The position numbers and the translations under genes were made by a program. From contig DAHXLB010000011.1 of NCBI GenBank assembly GCA_027371855.1, forward strand, positions 7,459 to 71,458: DNA of 64,000 nucleotides. The letters are read 5' to 3'. The notes under the pieces are model-generated. The model was given only the letters and a program-made list of their open reading frames with translations, was not told the origin of the DNA and made no database searches. This DNA is from a bacterium. GTDB lineage: Bacteria > Patescibacteriota > Dojkabacteria > JAKAPS01 > JAJZLI01. Shown one piece after another: positions 8,500 through 19,038 of the stretch (the stretch's first letter is position 1; each line of letters begins with the position of its first letter).

Positions 8500-10890
8500 C
8501 TATACCTTGTTATCATTAAAAATAATATTTATTATAGTATTTTTTTTAAATATAACTTTTTGTATATTTTCCTCTCTTATCTTATCTTTAAATTTAAGAT
8601 TCTTGAAAAGCATTTTTACTATTTCATCTTCTTCTAGGTCTCTTAATACTTTAATATTTCCCCTATACTTACCATTTATTTGTATTGGAAGATCAATATA
8701 TGTATTAGTTTTATCTTTAATAACTTTAGTAACTTTAGGCCAAAGTTGTTTATGTATACTATATTTCTCTTCTATAACCTCCCATAATTCCTCCGATATG
8801 AATGGAGCGAATGGTGATAATACAATGATAAATTTTTTGAAAGATTCTTTAGAGATGCTACCAATTTTCTCAACTTCATTTAGGTATTTCATAAATTCTG
8901 AAACACATACATTAAATTTTCCGCTTTCTATATTTTGTGAGACAGATAATACAAGTTCGTTTATAAGAGTATAATCTGTTGTATTATTTAATGTATTTTT
9001 ATCTATAATATTTTGTAATCTCCATACCCTATCTATAAATCTTCTGACACCTATTATAGAACGTGTATTCCAACTATTGGATTGTGATAAAGGCCCCATA
9101 AACATCTCATACATTCTTAAAGAATCAGCACCATAGGTTTTTTCTGCAAATTCTGCAGATACTACATTGCCCCATCTTTTTGACATTTTCCTTCCATCAG
9201 GACCAAACATTTTTCCTTGATGTCTCAATTTAGTGAATGGTTCATTAATAGTAATTATTTTTTCTTCATTAAGGACTCTAGTTATAAATCTTGAATATAG
9301 AAGATGCCCTGTTGTGTGTTCGTCCCCCCCTACATAAAAATCTATAGGGAGCCATTTTTTAAATAGAGCTTCATCTCCTAAACTTTGTCTATTATCTGAA
9401 TCAATAAATCTTAGATAATACCAGGAAGAGTCTACAAATGTGTCTAATGTTTTAGATTCTCTTGTTGCAGGTTCACTACAAATAGGACACTCTACTATCA
9501 TAAATGAACTAGATGATGCTAGAGGGGGGGTGCCTTTAGGTCTATAATCTTTGATATCTTTTGGAATTAGTACTGGTAAATCTTTTTCTGGGACAGGGAC
9601 TTCTCCACATTTTTTACAGTATATTATTGGAATTGGAGCACCCCAATATCTTTCTCTTGATACTAACCAGTCTCTTAATTTATATTCTGTAGTTTTTTTT
9701 GCCATTGTAGATAAATCTTCTATGATTTTACTTTTGGCAACGTCAATTGCTATCCCTTTATATTTACCATACACTACTATACCTTTTTTATAATCAACAA
9801 CTTCTCTACTCTTGATGTTATGCAATTTGGCAAAAAGTTTATCTCTCTCATCATGAGTAGGAACTCCCATTACTGCTCCAGTACCATAATCCATTAGAAT
9901 GTAATCAGAAATATAAACTGGTATTTCTTCTTTATTTATAGGGTTTATAGCTATAATCCCAGTATCAAAGCCTGTTTTCACATCTTTTTTCCTTTTAATT
10001 TCTGATTGAGGAGACACAGTTTTTATATAGTTCTCAATTTCCTTTACCTTCTCTTTATCTTTAACAAGGTCAATATATTTAGATTCTGGAGCAATGGCTA
10101 TAAATGTAGTTCCATATATTGTTTCTATCTTTGTTGTAAAAATTTCAATATATTCTTTAGTATCTTTAATTTTGAATTTTACCCTAACTCCTTCAGATTT
10201 ACCTATCCAATTGTTTTGAGATACTTTTGTACTTTTTGGCCAGTCTAAATTTTCAATATCACTAATAAGAGCTTCTATATATTTTGTAATTCTAAAAAAC
10301 CATTGTTCTATATTTTTAAGTTCTACCATTGATCCACATCTTTCACATAATCCTTGTATTACCTGTTCATTTGAAATTACAGTAAGACATGAAGGACACC
10401 AATTTACAGGAGCCTTCTTTTTGTATGCTAATCCTTTATTGTATAATTTTAAAAAAATCCATTGAGTCCATTTATAATATAACTCATCTGATGTATCAAA
10501 TTCACGATTCCAATCTATACCAATTCCTGCATTTAATAGTTCCTGTTTGAAAGCTTTTGTATTTTCACGAGTAACATCAAATGGGTTTTTATTATTCTTA
10601 ATTGCAAAATTTTCTGTAGGTAAACCAAATGAATCCCACCCCATTGGATGTAATACTTCAAAGCCTTTCATTCTCATAAATCTAGCTACTATATCTGTTG
10701 CTGTATATCCTTTTAAATGACCAACATGTAACCCTACACCAGAGGGATAAGGAAACATATCTAGTATATAGAATTTAGGTTTTGTAGAATAGGAGTCTGT
10801 TTTATAAAGATTCTCTTTATACCATATTTTCTTCCATTTGTTTTCTACTTCTTTATGATTATATTCTAAATTATTTATCATTGGTCTCAA
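8500..10890 (-). CDS. leuS: leucyl-tRNA synthetase
   Basis: Contains PYPSGVGLHVGHLKGY (HIGH-type), KMSKRWGN (KMSKS) and a CP1/zinc region CPSC...CERCG. The track start is TTG at 10890. An ATG (MINNLEY...) at 10881 is the more likely start. Confidence 0.95.
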   Translation of the reverse strand: MRPMINNLEYNHKEVENKWKKIWYKENLYKTDSYSTKPKFYILDMFPYPSGVGLHVGHLKGYTATDIVARFMRMKGFEVLHPMGWDSFGLPTENFAIKNNKNPFDVTRENTKAFKQELLNAGIGIDWNREFDTSDELYYKWTQWIFLKLYNKGLAYKKKAPVNWCPSCLTVISNEQVIQGLCERCGSMVELKNIEQWFFRITKYIEALISDIENLDWPKSTKVSQNNWIGKSEGVRVKFKIKDTKEYIEIFTTKIETIYGTTFIAIAPESKYIDLVKDKEKVKEIENYIKTVSPQSEIKRKKDVKTGFDTGIIAINPINKEEIPVYISDYILMDYGTGAVMGVPTHDERDKLFAKLHNIKSREVVDYKKGIVVYGKYKGIAIDVAKSKIIEDLSTMAKKTTEYKLRDWLVSRERYWGAPIPIIYCKKCGEVPVPEKDLPVLIPKDIKDYRPKGTPPLASSSSFMIVECPICSEPATRESKTLDTFVDSSWYYLRFIDSDNRQSLGDEALFKKWLPIDFYVGGDEHTTGHLLYSRFITRVLNEEKIITINEPFTKLRHQGKMFGPDGRKMSKRWGNVVSAEFAEKTYGADSLRMYEMFMGPLSQSNSWNTRSIIGVRRFIDRVWRLQNIIDKNTLNNTTDYTLINELVLSVSQNIESGKFNVCVSEFMKYLNEVEKIGSISKESFKKFIIVLSPFAPFISEELWEVIEEKYSIHKQLWPKVTKVIKDKTNTYIDLPIQINGKYRGNIKVLRDLEEDEIVKMLFKNLKFKDKIREENIQKVIFKKNTIINIIFNDNKV

Positions 10891-10914
10891 ATAATTATTT
10901 TAATTAATATTTTT

Positions 10915-11829
10915 TTATATCTTATTTATTATATACATTCCCCCGGTCATAAGGATATAGTATAGATTTGAATAATAAAAAGAGGGTGTCTTTTTATGAG
11001 GGAATTCATTTCTTAATTTTTCTATATCGTCATCAGATATTTTAAAATCCAGAGATTTTAAGTTTTCTTTTAAATGTTCTATATTTCTTGTTTTTGAGAT
11101 TGTTACTACATTATCTTGAGATACTAACCAATTTATTGCTATTTGTGAATATGTCTTATTATATTTTTTAACCATGGTATCTAGTATAGGTGTCTGATTT
11201 TTATTATATATCCCCTTATGAACTGGTGTATATGCAACAATCATTATGTCATTCTCCTTACAATATTTAAGAAGTCCATTGTCTTCTGGAAACCTAGATG
11301 TTAAATTATACAGAACTTGGTTTACAACAATCTTATTTTTGGTTTCACTTTGAGCTTTTTCTAATTTTTTTACGCTAAAATTGCTTACACCTATATTTCT
11401 TATAAGTCCATCACTTTTTAATTTATCCATAGCTCTCATCGTTTCCTTTATACTGATAAGAGGGTTGTAACTGTGAAGTAAATATAAATCCAAATATCCA
11501 CTATTCATTCTTTTAATACTTTCTGTTGCAGATTTTATAAGATTATTATATGAAAAATTTTCTGGTTTTACTTTAGAAGTTATAAATAATTTTTCTCTAT
11601 CATACCCCTTTATACTCTCACCAATTAATTCTTCTGCATGACCACGTGCATATAATTCGGCAGTATCTATATGTGTAACCCCCATATCTATTGCAGTTTT
11701 CAGTGCGATAATATCAGCTTTATCATACCCATGATTTATTTTTCCTGCATCTCCTCCTACATACCACGTACCTATGCCATATAAAGGTAGTTTAAATCCA
11801 TTTTTTAATGCTTTTGAAGGTATATCCAC
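10915..11829 (-). CDS. aldo/keto reductase
   Basis: Contains LYGIGTW, THIDTAELY, LDLYLLHSYNP and NIGVSNF, the typical AKR motifs. Confidence 0.8.
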   Translation of the reverse strand: MDIPSKALKNGFKLPLYGIGTWYVGGDAGKINHGYDKADIIALKTAIDMGVTHIDTAELYARGHAEELIGESIKGYDREKLFITSKVKPENFSYNNLIKSATESIKRMNSGYLDLYLLHSYNPLISIKETMRAMDKLKSDGLIRNIGVSNFSVKKLEKAQSETKNKIVVNQVLYNLTSRFPEDNGLLKYCKENDIMIVAYTPVHKGIYNKNQTPILDTMVKKYNKTYSQIAINWLVSQDNVVTISKTRNIEHLKENLKSLDFKISDDDIEKLRNEFPHKKTPSFYYSNLYYILMTGGMYIINKI

Positions 11830-11967
11830 GATACTTATTATACACTATTTTCTATTGTATATTGAATAAAACTAATCTATAAAAGTAAGGGAATCTTTAT
11901 TTTCTCTTCAATTTCTGGTATATTCAATACAGTTATACATAACTAATTATTTTATTTTTACAAAATT

Positions 11968-12129
11968 ATGAAAGTTACATGTTTAGAATGTCAAAATGAA
12001 TTTGATATTGAAAACGGTATTGGAGCTGGAGATACTATAGAATGTCCTTTTTGTGGTATTGAACTTGAATATAAAGGTAAGGATAAATCAGGTAAAGTAA
12101 AACTTGAAATTATAGAAGAGGAAAAATAA
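11968..12129 (+). CDS. 53-aa LysW-like zinc-ribbon protein (not in the track)
   Basis: My translation is MKVTCLECQNEFDIENGIGAGDTIECPFCGIELEYKGKDKSGKVKLEIIEEEK*. It has two CxxC pairs 17 residues apart, ELE after the second pair, and an acidic tail. This is the LysW/TIGR01206-type layout, but without the terminal EDWGE. Confidence 0.5.
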   Translation: MKVTCLECQNEFDIENGIGAGDTIECPFCGIELEYKGKDKSGKVKLEIIEEEK

Positions 12130-12133
12130 AATT

Positions 12134-13132
12134 TTAGAAATCTCCTTTTAATATAATTTCTGGTGTTAATTTCAAGTTGAATTTTTTTAAAGCTTCTCCT
12201 TTTATTTTATCTATGATAGTTTTTACATCGCTAGCTTTTGCAAATCCTAGATTTACTATAAAATTAGCATGGTTTTTATATACTTCTGCTCCACCAATCT
12301 TAAAGCCCTTAAACCCTAATTGTTCAATCACCCATCCTGCCGAATTTACTGGTGCTCCAATTTCTTGTTTTTCTTCATCTGATATGTTTTTAAATACTGA
12401 TCCACAAGATGGGAGGGTAGGTTGAATTTTATGTTTTCTTTTAATCCACTCTTTTTGAATTGTTTTAGCTTTTTCTGTATCACCTTCAAACAATATCAAT
12501 TTTAAAGAAAGTAAAGTATATTGCTTTTGATGTAATACACTAGTGTCATATCCAAATTTAAAAAAATCATAATCAACTTCACTTACATTGCCTTCCATAT
12601 CTATAACTTTAGCTGAATGTAGAAGGTTACCTATAAGCCTAGTCCCTCCATGTATATTATTAAATATAGCACCCCCCAGTGTTCCAGGAATACCAGCAAA
12701 ATATTGTAATCCAGTTAACCCCTTAGAGATTGTATCATTTATTAGGTATGCAAGAGATAGTCCTGATGAAACTTCAACAAGTATCTTTTTATACTCAGAT
12801 TCATTATCTTCTAAGTCTTCAAATTGCATATATGAACCTTCTTTGTAAAAAGATTTTAAGTTTTTTATATCAAAATTATTAACATTTACATCTTCACGAA
12901 TAATTATTTCCTTTGTATTATTCTTTACTACTAAAGCTCTAATACCTTTATCTGATATTAATACATTACTACCACCTCCAATAATGTCAAAAGGTATATC
13001 ATTTGAATAGGCATATCTTACAAGATATTTTAAGTTTTCTTCTGTATATGCAGTCGCAAAAAAATCTGCAGGTCCGCCTATTTTATATGTTGTATATGGT
13101 TTTAGTTCTGTATTTTTTAATATATCAACCAT
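12134..13132 (-). CDS. murB: UDP-N-acetylenolpyruvoylglucosamine reductase
   Basis: LKPYTTYKIGGPADFF, IIGGGSNVLISD and PSCGSVFKN are MurB FAD-binding and active-site motifs. Confidence 0.9.
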   Translation of the reverse strand: MVDILKNTELKPYTTYKIGGPADFFATAYTEENLKYLVRYAYSNDIPFDIIGGGSNVLISDKGIRALVVKNNTKEIIIREDVNVNNFDIKNLKSFYKEGSYMQFEDLEDNESEYKKILVEVSSGLSLAYLINDTISKGLTGLQYFAGIPGTLGGAIFNNIHGGTRLIGNLLHSAKVIDMEGNVSEVDYDFFKFGYDTSVLHQKQYTLLSLKLILFEGDTEKAKTIQKEWIKRKHKIQPTLPSCGSVFKNISDEEKQEIGAPVNSAGWVIEQLGFKGFKIGGAEVYKNHANFIVNLGFAKASDVKTIIDKIKGEALKKFNLKLTPEIILKGDF

Positions 13133-14222
13133 TGATATTTATATTTCTAATATTATCTTTGAAAATTTGTGCTGATTGTTCCCAAGAGAATTGTTTTAAT
13201 ACTTCCTGGGATTTTCTAATTAAATCTTTTTTATACCCAGTATCTTTCATAATTTTTTTTATACCTTCTTTTATTTTATTTTCAGAATTAGGGTCAACTA
13301 AAAGTGCTCCATCTCCTGATACTTCAGGTAATGATGTTTTGTTTGCTGCAATGACAGGGATTTTATAACTAAATGCTTCAAGGATTGGTAAACCAAACCC
13401 TTCATAATAGGATAAGAAAACAAAAAGGTTGGAGCTTTTATATAGTGTTGCTAACTCACTATCTGTAACTCTACCTATAAGGTGTACTTTATTTTGTTCT
13501 TTTAAATTATCAAATTTAGAAGATTGTACAGTTCTTGTGATATCACCTACTATAACAAGATGTTCTTTAACCTTGGATTTTATGAACGCTTTTATTAGTG
13601 TTTTATTATTTTTTCTCGCCTCTCCTCCTCCTATTGCAAGTATATATGGAAAATTGATTTTTAAATCTTTTAATATTTTATCTGTATTTTTAGGCGTTTC
13701 AAAAGGAGATATTGCATTTGGAACAACAAATATTTTATCACTTTTTATTTTGAGTTTTTTAACTATTTCATTTTTTGAAAAATTTGATACAGTGAATATT
13801 CTATCCCGTTTTTTTAATAACTTTAAAGATAAAATCTTAACTTTATATTTTACCTTATCATACAATCTGTCATAATAATTATTAATGGAAAGAGGTATTA
13901 AATCTTGTATTGATACAATAGTAGTGCCTTTGAAAAATAAAGGATAAACCATATTTTCTACAGAGAAAAATATATCTATTGATAGTCTGTTTAAAATTCT
14001 TGGGAGTATAAATAGTTGCCATATATATGTAAACCTTTGATTACTGACTCTTCCTATATCATACTTTTCTACATCAAGATCTGGGAAAGGGTCTTTGTTA
14101 TGGAATAGAACAATATAATGATTATCTTTGTCATCTTTAATTAGGTTATAGAAAAGTCCGTATGTAACCCTTCCTGTTCCTGTGTCTATATTTGCAAGCC
14201 TTGCATCTAATGCTATTCTCAT
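13125..14222 (-). CDS. GT4-family glycosyltransferase (paralog of 16394-17509)
   Basis: Contains the C-terminal EGFGLPILEA (E-x7-E region). The N-terminus MRIALDARLANIDTGTGRVTY aligns with MRIAVDARFANTKTGIGRLTY of the paralog. Confidence 0.8.
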   Translation of the reverse strand: MRIALDARLANIDTGTGRVTYGLFYNLIKDDKDNHYIVLFHNKDPFPDLDVEKYDIGRVSNQRFTYIWQLFILPRILNRLSIDIFFSVENMVYPLFFKGTTIVSIQDLIPLSINNYYDRLYDKVKYKVKILSLKLLKKRDRIFTVSNFSKNEIVKKLKIKSDKIFVVPNAISPFETPKNTDKILKDLKINFPYILAIGGGEARKNNKTLIKAFIKSKVKEHLVIVGDITRTVQSSKFDNLKEQNKVHLIGRVTDSELATLYKSSNLFVFLSYYEGFGLPILEAFSYKIPVIAANKTSLPEVSGDGALLVDPNSENKIKEGIKKIMKDTGYKKDLIRKSQEVLKQFSWEQSAQIFKDNIRNINING

Positions 14223-14223
14223 T

Positions 14224-15333
14224 TCAGTGTATAATTTTAATTAATTCTTTAACTATTTTTTTTCTTGAATTTATATCTTTAAGTTTTAACATACTATTTT
14301 TTATATTATCCATTTCTCTTGTGTTATTACTTAATTTCTCTATAATTTCTAAGTAATTTTGTTCTGCTATTATACCTATTTTTTCCTTTTTGATATATTT
14401 TATATTCCCCTTTTCTTGGCCGTTTATAAATTCTATAACAATAGGAATTACACCTTTAGATATTAATTCTTGTAAAGTTATGGCTCCTGCTTTTGATATT
14501 GCAAAGTCTGATATTGACATTAATTCATACATATTATCTACAAACCCTAAATTTATAACTTTTATTTGTTTTTTCATTTTATCTATCGATTCTTTTGATT
14601 TTTGGTTTTCTCCATTTACTACAATTATTTGATATCTATTATATAGGTGATTAAATTTTTCAACAATTTTTTTTGCTTTAATTGTCCCAAATCCTCCAGA
14701 AGTTATAAGAATAGTTTTTTTATCTTTAGAAAGATTGTATTTTTTATATATGTTACTTTTATTTATTCGAGCAGAAAATCTTGGATCTATTGGAATAGCA
14801 TATGTTTTAACGTCTGATATTTTATGTCTCAAACATTCCTTCTCTACATATTTATTAGGGGCTATATGTAAGGTTGAATGCCTATCAAACCAGCTTTGAT
14901 AAACATTGAATAAGTCAGTAATTAGTATTACAAATGGTATAATTTTTTTATTCAAAGTTCTTGATATTATATGATTTAATAGAGGGTGAACTGAAATAAC
15001 AATATCAGGGTTATATTCTTCTATAAGTTTAGTTATCTTATTTCTAGTCTGTATTTTTAGTAAAGCAAATACAGGGAAGAATCTTTTTTCACTATCTGTG
15101 GCATAATATCCAGCAGAATAAAGAGAAGGGGCATGTCTTATTAATCCAGAATAAGAATGGATTGTTTTTTTAAGTATTTTTGCTGAATAATTCTCAAAAA
15201 AATCTATAATGATTACATTATATTTATTTGGATATTCAATATCGAAAGTTTCTTTTAAACTTTTTGCAATACTTATATGTCCATTCCCTGTTGTTGTTGA
15301 AGTTAGTATTAGTATAGTTTTTTTCAATTTCAT
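14224..15333 (-). CDS. GT28-family (MGDG-synthase/UgtP/MurG-like) glycosyltransferase
   Basis: The N-terminus ILILTSTTTGNGHISIAKSLKE is the G-x-GH motif of the MGDG-synthase N-domain. It also has KAGAITLQELISKG in a GT28 C-domain. Confidence 0.65.
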   Translation of the reverse strand: MKLKKTILILTSTTTGNGHISIAKSLKETFDIEYPNKYNVIIIDFFENYSAKILKKTIHSYSGLIRHAPSLYSAGYYATDSEKRFFPVFALLKIQTRNKITKLIEEYNPDIVISVHPLLNHIISRTLNKKIIPFVILITDLFNVYQSWFDRHSTLHIAPNKYVEKECLRHKISDVKTYAIPIDPRFSARINKSNIYKKYNLSKDKKTILITSGGFGTIKAKKIVEKFNHLYNRYQIIVVNGENQKSKESIDKMKKQIKVINLGFVDNMYELMSISDFAISKAGAITLQELISKGVIPIVIEFINGQEKGNIKYIKKEKIGIIAEQNYLEIIEKLSNNTREMDNIKNSMLKLKDINSRKKIVKELIKIIH

Positions 15334-16388
15334 AATTGTTTTCTGATGATTTCTATAATCTTATCTATAGCAGGGGTTTTTGTATCAACCAAATTTAAAT
15401 TTAATTTTATTTTATTGTTAATTATATTATATATGGTTTTATCTAGATCATCTAAATCATCAACAAGTACACAAGCATTATTCTCCATAAAATAGTTTAT
15501 ATTCCCCTTTTCTTGGCCAGTAGTTTTTTTATATAAAACAATAGGTATTTTTGATACAGCAAACTCAGTTAATGATATGCCTCCAGCTTTAGATATTACA
15601 ATATCACTTTGATCTATATAATATTTTATCTTATTAGTATATCGTATTGTTACTACATGATTCATTTTTAATTTTTCTACTTTATCTCTCAATACTTTAT
15701 TACTTCCTGCTATAAATATTATATTGTAATGAATGGAGAGTCTTTTTAGAATTTTTATAGGAGAATGAAAAACACCATCTCCTCCTCCCATCATAAGAAT
15801 TGTTTTTTTTAGAGGATCTATGTTTTTCATATGTATTCTCTTTTTTTTATTATAAAATTCTTTTCCTATAGGTATACCTGTTACATATATTTTATTTTCA
15901 CTAAAACCATATTCTAATAGTTTATTTTTTATGTTTAATGTTGCAACAAAATATCCATCAATATGTTTGTTAAACCACTCTTTGTGTATTTCTCCATAAT
16001 CTGTAGTTATGGTATATTTAGCTTTACATTTTATATTTGAAAGTCCAACTGTGGCATTTGGAAACAAAGATATAAAAATTGTATTTGTAATATCCCCTTT
16101 TAGTTTCTTCTTAATAGCTCTTAATGCTATTCTGTCAAATAAATTTCTTGTCTTTAAATCCGTAAGGTATCGGTACCTAATATCATATAGTGTAGGGAGA
16201 AACTCTCTAGTTAAGTTATACATAGAGGTTGCAATAAGCTCTATATTTTTACCATAGAGCTTCATATAATCTATAATTTCACAATTAAGGTCAAGATTTT
16301 TATTAATTTCTTCTTTGAGGTTTCTTGCTATTATATTATGACCTTTTCCAAAACTTGCTGTTAAAAGAATTACTCTTGTTTTAGTCAT
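15330..16388 (-). CDS. GT28-family (MGDG-synthase/UgtP/MurG-like) glycosyltransferase, second copy
   Basis: Contains VILLTASFGKGHNIIARNLKEE and SKAGGISLTEFAVSKIP. It overlaps the next gene by 4 nt. Confidence 0.65.
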   Translation of the reverse strand: MTKTRVILLTASFGKGHNIIARNLKEEINKNLDLNCEIIDYMKLYGKNIELIATSMYNLTREFLPTLYDIRYRYLTDLKTRNLFDRIALRAIKKKLKGDITNTIFISLFPNATVGLSNIKCKAKYTITTDYGEIHKEWFNKHIDGYFVATLNIKNKLLEYGFSENKIYVTGIPIGKEFYNKKKRIHMKNIDPLKKTILMMGGGDGVFHSPIKILKRLSIHYNIIFIAGSNKVLRDKVEKLKMNHVVTIRYTNKIKYYIDQSDIVISKAGGISLTEFAVSKIPIVLYKKTTGQEKGNINYFMENNACVLVDDLDDLDKTIYNIINNKIKLNLNLVDTKTPAIDKIIEIIRKQL

Positions 16389-16393
16389 AATAT

Positions 16394-17509
16394 TTACTTT
16401 AATTTATTAAACTCAGATACTAATGTTTTAGCAGTGTTACTCCAATTAAATTCTTTCAATCTAATAATTCCTTTTTCCACTAATTCTTTTTGTTTTCCTT
16501 CGTCTCTTATAAGCTTAAATATTGCATCTTCTAATTCTTCTTTTTTATATGGGTTTATTAGTATTGCTGCATCTCCTGTTACTTCTGGTATAGATGATAT
16601 ATTTGATGTAATAACTGGAGTTTTATGTTTGAAAGCTTCAATAGGAGGAAGTCCAAATCCCTCATATAAGGATGGATATACAAATATTGTAGCACTAGAA
16701 TATAATGCTGCAAGCTCATGATCTTTTACTTCTCCTATAAAATGTATTCTCTCATTGAGTGATTCTGGAATTGTAACCATACTTGCTGGAATTATACTAG
16801 ATTCTCTATTTCCAACAATAATGAGAGAATGTTTTAAATCAGCATTTTTTTGCATTAAAGATACAAATGCTTCTATAAGAACTTTGTTATTTTTTCGAAC
16901 CTCCATACCTCCTATCCCTAATATATATGGTTTTTCAACACCTAAAGCACGCAAAGTTTCTCTTGTAGATTTTATCTCAGTTATTCTATTATCAACTCCC
17001 TCTGTTATTATAAATATTTTATCTCTTGATATTTTCAATAATCTTTCTATTTCTTGTAGTGAAAATTCTGATATAGTCATTATTCTTTCAGGTTCGTTGA
17101 TTTTTGAAAGTAATACTCTAAGTTTATATTTTATATGTGACTTTTTACTCTTTAAATATTCGGAAAAAACCATTGGTATTAAATCTTGTATTGTCATTAT
17201 AGTTTTACCTCTATAAAAGAATGGAACTATAATAAAATTATTTGGTGAGAAAAAAATCTCAATCTTCTCTTTATTTAGGATATATGGGAGATATAATATT
17301 TGCCATAATATTTTCCTCTTTGTGGCATTTTTAAATGTTATTTTTTTTATATTTTGGTATTTAATATCAGGAAATGGATCTATACTATCAGTCAAAACTA
17401 CATAGAAGTTTTCTCTATCGAGTTTTAATATTTCAGATATTAGAGAGTACGTAAGTCTTCCTATCCCTGTTTTTGTGTTTGCAAATCTTGCATCAACGGC
17501 AATCCTCAT
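16394..17509 (-). CDS. GT4-family glycosyltransferase
   Basis: Contains YEGFGLPPIEAFKHKTPVI and is a paralog of 13125-14222. Confidence 0.8.
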   Translation of the reverse strand: MRIAVDARFANTKTGIGRLTYSLISEILKLDRENFYVVLTDSIDPFPDIKYQNIKKITFKNATKRKILWQILYLPYILNKEKIEIFFSPNNFIIVPFFYRGKTIMTIQDLIPMVFSEYLKSKKSHIKYKLRVLLSKINEPERIMTISEFSLQEIERLLKISRDKIFIITEGVDNRITEIKSTRETLRALGVEKPYILGIGGMEVRKNNKVLIEAFVSLMQKNADLKHSLIIVGNRESSIIPASMVTIPESLNERIHFIGEVKDHELAALYSSATIFVYPSLYEGFGLPPIEAFKHKTPVITSNISSIPEVTGDAAILINPYKKEELEDAIFKLIRDEGKQKELVEKGIIRLKEFNWSNTAKTLVSEFNKLK

Positions 17510-17514
17510 ATATT

Positions 17515-19038
17515 TTATGTAGATCCAGGCCCGACGGGGCCAGATTCGATGGGTCCTGAACCACCAGATCTAGATCTAAATCTTAAATTATCTTTTATGA
17601 ACTCTATACTTATTCCTTTGATTAAGACAAGTATAGCAAAGTATACAATAATTCCAATCGCTGATAAAGCTAATACATTTAGTGATGATAAGAATATGAA
17701 TACCAATGATGATAATCCCGCCGCAATTAATGGACGTAGAATATATCTTAGTATGCGTATATCAAAATCCTTTTTAAATAATAGATAAGCATATACTCCT
17801 ATGAACAATTCCGTAAATACTGCAGCTGCAGCTGCTCCTGATGCTGCAAATCTTGGTATTAAAATGAAATTTAAGGCTATATTTATTATCATGGATAAAA
17901 ATAAACCTTTAAGTAATGTTTTTTGTTTATCTACAGCTCCAAAAGCGTTACCTATAAGTGCATTTACAAATATTAATCCAGTTGATATAGATAAAAATTG
18001 AAGAGGTAGGACTGAGTTTATATACCTGTGTCCAAATACAAGTAATATAAGGCCACGAGATAAAAACATCATCTCAAGTACAAATATAAATGAAAGGATA
18101 ACCATTAATTTTATAGCATTATTCAAAAGTTCCAAGAATGCTTTTTTATTAGTTTTAAATAATGCAGAGAATGATGGGAATAGCACGCCTATTAGTATTC
18201 CTATTATAGATGTAATAACACCTGTTGTGGAGCGTGCAATTCCATAATACCCAACCTGTATTATTGGTTTAATACTTCCTAGGATAACTTGATCTATTGA
18301 AAAATATATAGTTACAACAATTGATGATAGTCCATAAGGCCATATCTCAAGTAGCATATATTTCCAGAATGCTGTATCAATACGTATACTGAATTTAGAA
18401 AATCTTTGTCTAATTATTTTGATTGCAAGAGTGAACCCTATTAGTGAGGTTATTGCAAATATAACTGTATAAAGAAGAAGACTGTTATAATAGAATAATG
18501 CTATAAAACCAAATATTAAAAGTATAGATTTTTCAAATATTATTGTATATGCTTCATATATCATCTGGTTATGTGATCTAAAAATTCCCCTAACCAAATA
18601 ATTAAATCCAGAGATAATATTATACAAACCTAAAAATAACATTATTAGCTCTATATCATGATATTGTCTTACGAAAAAGGACGTTATAATTATAAGAGAA
18701 AGTATTATTACTCCTATTATTATCTTCAAGAAGACAAGGTTATCTAAGTATTTTTTTGTTAGGGTTAGGTCTCTAGCAACATCTCTTATTAAAACTGTAG
18801 ACATACCAAAATCTACAAAAATTCCAAATATTGCAATAATTGATGTAGCATAGTTGTATATACCGTTATAGGTAGGCCCTAGGTGTCTTGCCAGTACTAT
18901 ATTAAGTATTAAGCTTGCGAAAATAGTAAGGACTTGTGCTGTTAAAAGCCAGAATGTGTTTTTTCTAAGATTTTGTATCATGCCTAGACTCTTTGGATCC
19001 AGATCCTTTGGCCTTAGGTCCCTGGGATCCAGATTCAT
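17515..19038 (-). CDS. Wzx-like polysaccharide/lipid-linked-oligosaccharide flippase (MOP superfamily)
   Basis: About 14 hydrophobic helices with a typical polysaccharide-biosynthesis-protein N-terminus (NTFWLLTAQVLTIFASLILNIVLARHLGP..YG.Y). The probable true start is the ATG at 18981 (MIQNLRK). The upstream 19 codons are the GATC-rich repeat read in another frame. It has a GC-rich C-terminal tail, RSRSGGSGPIESGPVGPGST. Confidence 0.7.
   Translation of the reverse strand: MNLDPRDLRPKDLDPKSLGMIQNLRKNTFWLLTAQVLTIFASLILNIVLARHLGPTYNGIYNYATSIIAIFGIFVDFGMSTVLIRDVARDLTLTKKYLDNLVFLKIIIGVIILSLIIITSFFVRQYHDIELIMLFLGLYNIISGFNYLVRGIFRSHNQMIYEAYTIIFEKSILLIFGFIALFYYNSLLLYTVIFAITSLIGFTLAIKIIRQRFSKFSIRIDTAFWKYMLLEIWPYGLSSIVVTIYFSIDQVILGSIKPIIQVGYYGIARSTTGVITSIIGILIGVLFPSFSALFKTNKKAFLELLNNAIKLMVILSFIFVLEMMFLSRGLILLVFGHRYINSVLPLQFLSISTGLIFVNALIGNAFGAVDKQKTLLKGLFLSMIINIALNFILIPRFAASGAAAAAVFTELFIGVYAYLLFKKDFDIRILRYILRPLIAAGLSSLVFIFLSSLNVLALSAIGIIVYFAILVLIKGISIEFIKDNLRFRSRSGGSGPIESGPVGPGST
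17521..17580. repeat. GATC-rich GC island encoding the flippase C-terminal tail
   Basis: The sequence is AGATCCAGGCCCGACGGGGCCAGATTCGATGGGTCCTGAACCACCAGATCTAGATCT. It includes a GGCCC/GGGCC hairpin and AGATCTAGATCT (17566-17577). It contrasts sharply with the AT-rich flanks. Confidence 0.8.

Noticed and set aside
4929-12129. A LysW/LysX-type amino-group carrier system formed by the zinc-ribbon ORF and the ATP-grasp gene.
   Set aside because: The two genes are 6 kb apart on opposite strands. The ribbon protein lacks the C-terminal EDWGE acceptor. No LysY/Z/J/K-like genes are present.
18982-19038. The flippase N-terminal extension MNLDPRDLRPKDLDPKSLG.
   Set aside because: It is the GATC-rich repeat read in a second frame, and it overlaps the Wzy-like C-terminus. 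The ATG at 18981 is a more plausible start. I cannot exclude real dual coding.
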